Below are positions 39,195-50,000 of a stretch of DNA of 64,000 nucleotides, piece by piece. Location: positions 6,102,137 to 6,166,136 of the forward strand of contig CM082595.2 in assembly GCA_040954595.2 (NCBI GenBank), read 5' to 3'. The position numbers were made by a program, and so were the translations under genes. Numbering within the stretch: position 1 is the first letter of the stretch; each line of letters starts with the position of its first letter. Source of the DNA: Balanoglossus misakiensis. Its lineage: Eukaryota > Animalia > Hemichordata. The notes beneath the pieces are model-generated. The model ran no database searches. It had not been told where the DNA came from and saw only the letters and a list, made by a program, of their open reading frames with translations.

Positions 39195-41681
39195 ATGGCT
39201 GAATCTGACGACCAAAAGATCACGTTCGCCGATTTAGGAGTGACTCCGAGGGAAGCAACGACCGATTCCTATTTTGGCAAGGTATTGTACTCTTCCCATT
39301 TCCTGCTTTTATAGTTTGGCGAGTAAATAAGTTTGGCAGCCAAAAATCTAAGAATCACATCAACAATTTCAAAAATACCAAAATACCAGAACCTTGAACT
39401 TAGATTAATAGATCATGTTTGTGATGAAGACGAACTTTATCTGTTGATAAACTGATACAGTACATAGGATACACGTACGTCTTCCCACGTGTTCTAAACC
39501 TTATATCCAAACACTCACAAAGATATAAATTTTATCAATAGAAAATCCATCATACACCTGCCCCATATATATCCTGATAACAGGCTTTCAAAACGGCGGG
39601 GCATTGACAGACATGACCTCGTCCGTGGCATTGACATAGCTTGACCTCATTTGACCCACGCAGTCTATTGCCATACTCAAGTTATTAAATCCCGATATAT
39701 CATTATTTTCCATCTTTTTCTGAGCACGACAAGATTTGTCGTGAGTCATATGGGTTTTAGGTCAGACTCAGCCCTATGCATTGAAACCAAAACTGAAACT
39801 GTATTAAAATGGCTGTGACGGCGGAAATACCTTATTCTTTACAGTTTCACTCCCAGTCTTTGTTCTGTGAAAATTTGAATTCGGGGTTGGATCACAAATC
39901 CATTTACTTGTCCAACTTTGTCTGTAGACTAGGTAACTTGCTTACAAGTCTATGGGCTTAATTATGTCATAAATCATAATTCAGCCAAATATGTCACTCA
40001 AGGCCACAAACACCACAGCCACCACTGTCGGCCAGGGCTCGAACCCACGACGAGTCCACTGCACCAACCACTGGACTATGATGCCCCTATTATTCCATTA
40101 TTTCTTTTTTTTTCACAGAGAAGAAAGTACTCAGATCTAGACAGATGGGAAATTGTCTTTTTGGTGATATCTCTGATCGGTCTCCTAGCAACCATTGGTC
40201 TCACCATCGAAAGGATCATCAGCGTTACTGGTGTGGACTTTACCTTTGCTGTACTCATATTGATCAACTCTGGTAAGTCCTGGTTAACTCTGGTTAGTTA
40301 ACTCTGGTTAGTATTCATTTTGTGAGACAATGGCTCTGTCACTAAAAGTATTTCCTTTAAGTTTCACCCTTTCAACACCATGGTTTGGTCCAATTCCATT
40401 GTTTTCTATGGTAAACGTGGACCTCAATACAGGAAACTAAGGGTGAAAGGGTTAAACTTGTCACCGAAGAAAATGTGAGTGACATCATTCATAGGTCACC
40501 GTTGGGTGTGGGGGTGCAGTCTGCCCATTTGTCAAACCCATGGTTTGGTCCCACTCCATCCTGAATGGCAGTGCTGGACCTCTACATGGGGAAATAGGGG
40601 TGGAAGGGTTAATAAAATGGTTATATTTGAAGGCGGTACTTAGCAATTAATTTCACTAACCCTCTTCCTTCTTTTCTGTTATTTTCAGTGTTTGTTGTGT
40701 ATTACGCCCTGGATGGAGTCTTCCGAGAGCGAGCCTATGAGTTGATTGTTTTTATCATCGCTGTGTGCATAATCATTGCCTACTGCATCATCAATTTTAT
40801 TGGCACGCATGACGAACATGCTAAACATGATATAGTGAAACTGGTAAGTTTTGCACATTATTTGTATAAGCAGGAGTAACACTGGTAACTCAAAAGCAAA
40901 AATAATGGGAATCTTGTACTAATGATATATCACACAGTTTTGTAGGTTCATAGGAGTTTGTTTGTTAGTCATGGTCCAACTGGCTCTAGTTGTTTTGCTT
41001 TTTGGACACATTACTTCCAACAGATGCAAACTATTTGGCAACAAATGTGAGTGATGTTGTTAACTCATTCATTGCCATGGTTTGGTCCAAATCCATTGTT
41101 TTCTTTAATAAAGTTGGACCTGTACAAAGAGGAAAGGGGAGAGTTAATTCACCAAGTTATTGCAATGATCCTTCAGCCCAGGGCTGCTTTAAAGCCAATC
41201 CCTTTCCTTTACAAGTAATAGATGATGCTTTTTGTGTGTGTATGTCCGCACTTTTACACTATGGATTGTCATCGTGTCTGCATTTGTTTACTTCCAGACT
41301 CGACTTGTCCTGGTGATTGTGCTCGGTCCGTTTACAGTTGTACTGGGAGTCGTGTTGGCCAAGCGGTACCATGAGTCACGAAATCTCATTTTCAGAACAG
41401 TTGGGGCCAACACTGAGCTGCAAGGTAAGCATGGATGACTGTACCGACTTCGATGGCGAAATACAGATGAACTTTGACCCAGGTCACAGGGTCAAATGTC
41501 ATGTAATTAGTATATATGGGAAATGAGCTGAAATATTTTTTTTAAAGCACACATTGTTTATCATGAGCGTTGATTGCTTTTGTCTTTTAGACATGTGTGA
41601 TCAGATGTTTTTGTTTGAAGCTCTCTTGAAGTTGGATCTTCAGCTTGTGGTAAGAATGCTTCTTTGTCTTTCTGTGCTCAG

Positions 41682-41720
<39 letters not shown>

Positions 41721-43891
41721 TGTATGTATGTATGTATGTATGTATGTATGTATGTATGTATGTATGTATCTATGTATGTATCTATGTATGTATCTATGTA
41801 TGTATCTATGTATGTATCTATGTATCTATTTATTTATTCATTTATTCATTTATTTATTACAGCTTAAATCCCCCGAGAATTTAACTCTCTCTCTCTCTCT
41901 ATCTCTCCATCCGCCGCAGATCAGCATGTTCGTGTTGGTACTCAGGGATGGATACAATGTTAAAACGGTCGAAACTATTCTCTTGTTTACTGGACTTTTC
42001 TACGCCGCCGTCTGGGTCATCATCGGCTACTGCGCGGTAGGTAACAGACTGTGTCTTCAGTTGGGATATAACCATTCTCACAAACAGGGCAACCTGGAAG
42101 GGGGGGGGGGGCTGTAGGCATGGAACTGTTGTGGTGTATACACTATAGTTTTCATTTTTTTGAACGATGAATGTAAAATAAAAGTTACATATTTAAAACA
42201 TGGTTAAATGAAACAGCACTTGTTTTCAGTCGAGAAGATTTCCAGAGAAATGTGTACAATTATAGGACATGTGTATGTAATATACTGGTTTATTTTTTTC
42301 TGTTCACAGATGCGATTTGAGAACAAAACATTAGTCTGGATTTTTTTAGCCACCAGCATATTGGAACCAGCATATATCGTTTATAAGATGGTTGATGTAA
42401 GTACCAGTGAAGATCTTTGAACCCTCATTATTTATAATGATTGTGGAAAGACTACCCTCATAAATTCTGTTATAATTCTGGAAAAAAAATGAAATGAGAA
42501 GCTACCCTAAACTTATAAATCTCAGTTATTGTGAAATTATTAAATACAAAGTTGATGAATAATCTCTCCTGACTAATCTATAGTGAAATGTCTCCCAATG
42601 ACCCTTTTTTCAGAAATAAATAGATATTGTAGTATTAACAAAAGTGTAAAGAAAAACAAATGTTTTTATGAAAAAATTGTCAGAATTTTTTGCTTTCTCG
42701 TGATGGTCATCACATGAAAATTCGGTTATGTTATTTGTTCCAAGGTTCACTATGAGAATTAAAGGTATACGGTCACCTATGAAAATTTAGCTACAGTTGC
42801 CATGGTAAATTGAGATCTAGCCAATCACAGAATTTCAGTGGTTGGCACACGCGAAAAAAAGACTGCTGCCATATGTTCTTTAGAACTCAGATTCGCCATT
42901 TCCGCCATATATGGGGAATGTAAATTGGAGGTGACTGTATACCTTTAATTTAAAGAGAATGTATTCTGACGCCAGTCTTCTGTTTATGATGGATTTACAG
43001 CTTGGATTAACGTGGGACAGTTATGTGGAAGATGGGATCTACCTGGCAGCGGTGACTGTTGTCTGTGCAATGGCCTCTCTGATTGTGCGAATCACCGTTG
43101 TTGTCGTCATGATAAAAGTTTACAAAAATTTCGGAAAGGGGCTCAAGCAGAAAGGTGAGAGGTCAACAAGCTATGAACGACAGTTGATGTGAACTTTTGA
43201 TAGATGTTTGAAATTTTGTTGAAATTTTCAAGTTTTTTATCAGTAGATGTGATTGTTTGATATATTTTTGCTTTTTTGTTGAAATAATTAAGTTTGTCTA
43301 TCTACTTTCTGTGCAAAAACCAATTCACATCATACAGTTATGATATGAATTTTGTACAAAATGTTAGCATTGATTCGTGGGTGGCATGCATCTTTAGTTC
43401 CACTGCTTAAAGGGACTAGAGCTGTAACTTATGGCTATATTTTAAGTATTTTTGTTCCGTATATCCAATGTCCTTTCTTGTTCTACTCCAAACAGCCTGC
43501 AACTATACCCAGTTCTCCGCTGCATTGTTATTGTTAACAAATGAATTCTAGTCCGGACTTGAATTCAAATTTTTCTCAAAAACAGTAGATGAGCTAAATG
43601 CTGCGCATTTCATCGTGGTGCAGGAATTCGAACAAGAAAGTGCAGTAGATAAACAAAACAAAAATACCGAAAACATAGCCAGAGGTTACCGCTTAGGAAT
43701 GGAGCGCTAACCTATTTTCCATACTCTAATCTTTCTAATCTTATCTGTTGCTTTGTGCGTACGTTCACACAGCTTTCGGTAGTAGCAAGAGTGAGGAGAG
43801 GCGGCGAATGCTCCCCGATGACGAGGAAGACCCTCAGCCGACTACATACGGCAGCACAGATGTGGGCAACGTATCAGACTCTAGTAGATAA
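39195..43891 (+). CDS. Uncharacterised multipass membrane protein, UPF0658-like (352 aa, 9 exons; alternative last exon 44790-44893)
   Basis: Exons: 39195-39281, 40119-40272, 40689-40843, 41298-41424, 41591-41649, 41920-42036, 42310-42396, 43001-43154, 43773-43891 (1059 nt in frame). About 8 hydrophobic segments. Motifs IFRTVGAN, ALLKLD, RFENK, YKM and NFGKGLK recall the fungal UPF0658 family (recognised from memory). Confidence 0.85.
40027..40079 (-). mobile_element. tRNA-derived SINE-like head (Pol III A and B boxes)
   Basis: The minus strand reads tagtccagtgg (A box) ... ggttcgagccc (B box). The spacing is too short for a full cloverleaf. Confidence 0.5.
41682..41860. repeat. (TATT)n/(TATG)n compound microsatellite
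   Basis: Direct observation; intronic. Confidence 0.9.
42763..42944. mobile_element. TTAA-flanked MITE (Kolobok-like), family B
   Basis: TTAA-AGGTATACGGTCACCT ... AGGTGACTGTATACCT-TTAA. The core gagatctagccaatcacaga recurs at about 35800-35985, 45385-45535, 54928-55075 (reverse) and more weakly 18760-18860. Confidence 0.85.
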
Positions 43892-44531
43892 TGCACAATG
43901 TAATATCGCTACTTTGTTATCCCCCGCCACACGAAAGTGCGCTCAGTCGTGAATATTTGCAAAAAAAATTCTGACACCAAAACTGGAGGGGGGGGGGGGG
44001 GTTGAGAGGGAGGGGGGGGGGGGTTCTGTCCTGATTATGTGTGTGTCACAAGGGATCTGGCCCATCCACTACTGCTAAGTTAGACCAGTGAAAAACAGCG
44101 GCCTATTTTGGCATTGCACCCCGGCTACTTTTGTTCATAAAGTAACAATCCTTCTCCCATCCCTTTCAATTCCAACATTTTGTTTGGTCCACCTTCGAAG
44201 CTTCGCTGCCTCCTCGTTACCGTAGCTACACCCCTGCATACATAAACATGCTTTAGTGCTTTATTAAAAGCGTGAATGGTCATTCCCAGCGATTGACCAG
44301 AATTTGCACAATGAATGTCACTAATGCAAGCCTATACAGCACAGTGTAATAATTCCGACATTTGTGGAAGTATACCACAGGAATGTAGATGTACTTCATA
44401 TACATGCATAACCAAACACAGCACTTTCAGTGTTTGTTTTCTATAATTTCATGACCTGCATGTCTGCAAGTACTGCATGTGGTACTACACCTTTGCTAGC
44501 GTCAAACATTCATTGATCGCATAAGCTTTAA

Positions 44532-44616
44532 CCCTTTCACCCCTAGTTCCCTCTTCAGAGGTCCAACCTTACCATAGAAAACATTTGGTTTGGACTGAAC
44601 CATAGTGGTGAAAGGG
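44532..44616. mobile_element. 85-bp TTAA-flanked MITE with CCC...GGG termini (piggyBac-like), family A
   Basis: TTAA-CCCTTTCACC ... GGTGAAAGGG-TTAA. Further copies at 37614-37697, about 40367-40455, about 40536-40612, about 41074-41147, 48245-48330 and 54839-54923. Confidence 0.8.
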
Positions 44617-44789
44617 TTAATCTGCCTTAAGTAACCCTGCTTCTGCTTAAAATCGTGAGGCGAGCTCTTCTCCAGACCAAAAAAATACTAAAATCTTCAA
44701 CGTGGAAAAAAGCTGTTAGCTACAGTTTCCTTCTGAGATGCAGTTTTACTGTAGATCTTATTTTTACTTTATGATTTCTGCATTCACAG

Positions 44790-44893
44790 TTTATACCAGA
44801 TCAAGTTTGGTGAAAAATGATGGACACCTGGCAGAAGATGGTCCAGACACGGAAAGTATCATGGAAGACCACAGTACTTCAGTCAGTACATGA
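44790..44893 (+). CDS. Alternative terminal coding exon of the UPF0658-like gene
   Basis: Acceptor cattcacag is phase-1 compatible with the donor after 43154. It encodes (V)YTRSSLVKNDGHLAEDGPDTESIMEDHSTSVST*, and AATAAA overlaps the stop (44893-44898). Confidence 0.55.
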
Positions 44894-46320
44894 ATAAACC
44901 AAACATACATCTCAAAGGAGTTCTCCATACTCCAAATTGTATTACCTGTTTAAAACTTGGAACTGAATCAAATCATGTTGCATTATGTGTTCTGGAAAGT
45001 GTATCAAGAATTTTCAATGCAGATTCAGGTTTGACCTATTGAACCTTACCCCCAGTGACCCAGGACATCATTTTCAAGGGCATCAACCCCAAAATATGTT
45101 CTTATTTATGTAGTAGTGTTGAACGGAAATATTCATGAAATAAAGAGTTCTGTTAAGCTTTATGTTCAGGCAATAGTTTTCGAACATGTGGAGGCATTGG
45201 GTTTCTTTTTTTTCCAATGCATGCTGAAAGTTTAGTTACATGTACACATTTGAAACCAAATTTGCAGAAAGCAGAGGACACTAAAATGCTGCAAAATTTT
45301 CTGTTTCTTGTTTTTATGGAAAAATAGTTTTTTTTTCAGTCATATTTTTTTAAACCTTCCATTTAGAAGTAAATATTCACGTATACAATGGAAATGTGAG
45401 ATCTGGCCAATCACAGATTTTCAGGTGGATGGCCATGTGGAAAAGTGTGTCATCACATGGTCATTGCAAGGCTTGGACATGCCCATTTTTCCTACATATG
45501 GGAATATTTAAGACAGAGGTGTTTGTATTCCTTCAATCATACCAATCATACCATAGTTTTAATCAATAAGCTATGGAGAGTTCTATAACAAACCTAATAT
45601 TGCTGTCTAGTTTTTTCAACATTTTAATACATGAAATATGTTTTGAAAACCATAGGGGGCAGAGGACAGTATACATCTCGTCAAATTATTCATATTTAAT
45701 AATCTAATTGCCAAATATTCTCTTATCACGACAACTGTATATAGATTAATGTTTGATAACACACCATCATTTGGTTTCTGAAGGGAAAAGTCTGTATTTT
45801 CTGACAATGTATGATAATGTATAATTATCTTTCAATAAAATTTGTTACATCGTTCCATTAAAGACTAATGTGCAAATAAAATCCTTTAAAAAAAAAACTG
45901 TACAAATTCAGTTTGTTTTTGTTCTGATGTTTGGTAGAACTTGGGTGGGCTGTATGACATAACGTAGCTGACATTTGGCAAGTTTGGAAACTGAACCCAA
46001 ACGATAGAATTTTGACGCCATATCAATATCAGAATTAAACAGTCTGCTCCTAGAATAAATATATGAGTTGCTTCGAGACAATCACATTATATAAATTGTT
46101 TTTAATGGTTGGCTAACACGCAAAACGTCACGTACCTAAATGTTGGCAAGGTCTTCTCCCAACAATAGAATTTATGACAAGTAGGTCTATAACCTTTTTT
46201 TACAGAGAATTAAGTACATGTACTGTTAATTGGAATGTTCGAAATATTCAAGACAGACAAGCATACTTCACATCTCAGTCCTACAACTTTCTAAATCTCA
46301 TCCGTATACTCTGCACATTC

Positions 46321-46393
46321 ATGTATGTATGTATGTATGTATGTATGTATGTATGTATGTATGTATGTATGTATGTATGTATGTATGTATGTA
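46321..46393. repeat. (TATG)n microsatellite
   Basis: Direct observation. Confidence 0.95.
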
Positions 46394-46992
46394 GCTGATT
46401 GCTGACTGAAAGACATTAGTTTGCAAAGTTTAGAATTCTCCTGATCTGCCAACCCGTGTCTGCAAAAATTAATAAGCTCTGTTCGCAAGTAGTCCTTTCT
46501 TTGAGCTTATCAGGGACCACAGATTGCTTTCCCAGAAAACAAAACATGTTAGGAATATTTTTGCCTGTTGAAAGGCGACTCTTATGGTAAAGGGATCCTC
46601 AAATAATTTAGTCTCAAAATAAACAGATTCAGTGCCATTCTTTTTGGATGATCAACTACAACAGGGCCTTTATTCCATTCATACTTTTATTATGAAATGC
46701 TGTCAAATTAGGAATCATATTACCCCATTTATCTGCAGCAATGAAAGTTGAGTTTGTGCAAATAATACTTTGACATTTAATTTTAATTTTCAACACACAG
46801 TAAAATTATAAATTAGCTGGCCTTGTTTAGTCTTGGACAATTAAAACATCGCCTGGGGTTTGATCTTTGTTCAGAAACGATAAGTGATACCGATTGCAAT
46901 GCTAGTTATTAAAGGGTTGAATTGGTAGCTTGGGAAAGTTGCAGAAGATTAAAATATTTGCATTGACGCTTTTTCTTATCGGACTCCCGAAT

Positions 46993-47020
46993 CCAATGGG
47001 AGGTGGACGCCGCTATAAAA
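46993..47020 (+). promoter_or_regulatory. CCAAT and TATA box upstream of the ZP-domain gene
   Basis: CCAAT at 46993 and TATAAAA at 47014-47020, about 55 nt before ATG 47071. Confidence 0.45.
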
Positions 47021-47070
47021 CCTCTCCGACAACACAGATGTCTTAGTGTTGTGGTGCATCACAGAACAGG

Positions 47071-50000
47071 ATGGATGTCCGTACGTTGTGTCGCATCATT
47101 GCCCTCGTACTTCTGGTGCTGAAACAATGTGGCGCGCAAACCGGTGGTGAGTTAATAGAATTTATTTATTCACTTCTCCTTTGCAGACATTGCCTGGAGA
47201 CTTGCTATTTACCTAGCTAAGCTGTGGTCTTTACTTAGAGGTCTGTTCCGGCAAAAGCATCAGGTGTAACCTGCTATGTGACTAGTGAAAAAAGTCAAAC
47301 CAGTGTTAGTGGCCACCTGTATATAGTGGCCACTTTGTGAAGTTCACATGTGCATTATTTGAAACACGAGTACATCGAAACGTATCAATCATAAACATGA
47401 TCTTTATTTAATAGTGAAATTTAGCAAACTTTTCATATTTGAAATACTCAAAATCAACTGAAATCATTAATGCTTTACTACAACTAGTCTGTGAGAAATG
47501 TATATGACACAAAACAAAATGGTTAACCAATCAGTTACAACAGAAAACAGAAAAGGAAATATTAGCCTTTCCTATCAACAAAAAAGATGTACAAGAATTC
47601 CTTTTTACTGTGTCCAGGAGTTTTGAAAACTACTAAATGTGTAAGTAAGGTGGAGAGATTTACTAACAATGGAAAATATCTCAGGCAAGCACAATCAGGG
47701 TGAACTTTTTCTGAATACTTCAACAAAACATTGTTTCTACGCTTTGGTAATCAATGCGGGAATTTCCAAAGATGTCTGTTGATTTAATAGCAAGTCCAAG
47801 ACTGTCATTTGCAGACACATGTTGTCACTTTGTCTGTCACTGTGGGTGTGTTATGAGGCCTCCCAATGTATGTGTAAAGTCACTTAGCGATCGAGACAAG
47901 GTAGATTTTGATGTAGTGCAAACTGTAACATCGAGGTATCCATCATTGACTGTGCAACCATCACACAGTTCTGTTGTAGGCGACGAAACCAAATACAGCT
48001 TGGTGCTGTGGTACACAGATAACTTCTTCAATCCTGTTCCACTGTCAGTGACACTAGTTCCAATGACAACATGCACATACAATGACAAAATTACACTTAT
48101 AGACCTGTGCATTTTCTCTTTGAATCTCAATGGTGACTGCAATATTAAACAGCGACAGACAAAGGCAAACCTCTTGCAGCTTGTGTAAGATTTGTACAGA
48201 AAATCCTCCCCTCCCCCCATTATGTTCTGTGATAGTTTGATTAACCCTTTCACCACCATGGTTTGGTCCAAATCCATTGTGTTCTATGGCAAACGTGAAT
48301 CTGTATAGTGGAAACAGGGGTGTGAAAGGGTTGAGTCACTGTTGCAGGTGTTTTGATTTCACATGACAGGCTTCGGTTGTTGGGTTGGCAGTTGTCCAAA
48401 TCGTTTCTTCACCGTGATTCTATGTCTTGAATATTTGTCATCCGGAGAAAATCGGGATGGGTGAGCTGATTGTGTTGGTTTCCCAACCGTGTCGGTTTTC
48501 TGTAAATATTTGCGAAAGATAATAAAAAATAACGTAAGAGATCGTATGACACAAGACATTATTTTAATCAAGAGATACTGAACGGCCATTGTTGCGACTA
48601 CCCGTCCCCTTACATCATGCAAAATCTCGCACGATCACGAGCTACGGCCGAGCAACTTTATCGAGTGAATGACCATATTACACATGGCATGGTCTGGCTG
48701 ACTGGCCCAGCAATGCATCGTACTCGTAAAACCCTAATTTTTCAACCAAATGCAAGGCATATTGAAACTTACCTGCAAGGTGTATTTACGCTCACCATCC
48801 TCGTTGATGTAGTACATCAGATACATTGTGTTATAACGTGTGACTTTAGTTCAGGCCACTTCGAAACGTTGATCCACGTGTTCGTGCCGATGTCGCTTGC
48901 TTGTTGACAATATGGAGGAAAGCGGACATACCCACATTGCAGTTCGGCTTCTTACTTCCGCCGCGTTCGTCACTTCCGGTCTAATGGTTCTTGGTCTTCA
49001 TTCTTGGGCAGTTTTCCCAACAAAATATGATTTTCCTATATTTTATTTCATTTTATTTCATGGTAAACTTTGTTGCCAGATATTAATAATTGACAACGTT
49101 TGATAAAACTGACGGGTTTTCAGTGAGGTATACATATTATTGCATATGTACCACAGTATTCCAAGCGGGCCGTGCAATAATAATTCTGGTATTTTTGCGA
49201 GCTCATATGCAAATGAGCATCCAGAAGAATAAGATCCCCCTTTTCCCCTTCAATCGATCGTATCTTTCAAAGTTTAACCCTCGTTCTGTTACACAATCAC
49301 TTGGAGTTCATATAAACCTCCGGAGGATATAACAAAAGTTTTATTTCAGTCGCAAAAAAGCCGATTGTTGTTTTAGTTGTGCGCGTGACAAAGTGGTATT
49401 TTTCACAACCCATATGCAAATGAGTAAAAACAAGCCGGACTACGTTTTGTTTGTAAACATTGAACGCAGTCGGCAGAGCTGGAGTATGATCGCCGAAACG
49501 TGGGGAATTTTCAACATTCGGAGACGCCATTGTCTTATCCTTCCCAAATTTTGTCAGAATAACAAAACATTAACTGGCAGTATGTTTGGGAACCTCGGAA
49601 AATCCCTCGCTATCGCCAGTTTCTCAAATATTGCCGATGCTATCTTGCGACCTGAGCTAAACCACCGATGAAATGAGCCAACATGATCGCCGAAACATGC
49701 GGATTTTTCAACATTCTGGCACGTTCTTTTATTATCCTTCCCAACTATCGTCAGAATAACAGAACATTTAGTTGTCAGTGTGTTTTGGAACCTCGAAAAT
49801 TACGAAAATCTCTCGCTATCGCCAGTGTTTCGAAATTTATCGCTGCGATCTCACGACCTCAGGTAACCCACTGATGGAATGACCCCACATGACCCTTCTT
49901 TGCATAACAAAGGTTGCGTCATTTTGGCCAATGAGCGGCTTTCTCTGGGTTGCATAGCCTTTGGCGCATCACTGTAATGAAAATCAATACGCCACGATCG

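Noticed and set aside
40027-40079. Possible tRNA gene
   Set aside because: A and B boxes are present but too close together, with no anticodon arm; treated as a SINE-like fragment.
47754-48277. Overlapping 144-146 aa ORFs
   Set aside because: They lie downstream of the NOP10 stop, one begins in a MITE, and neither has recognisable motifs.
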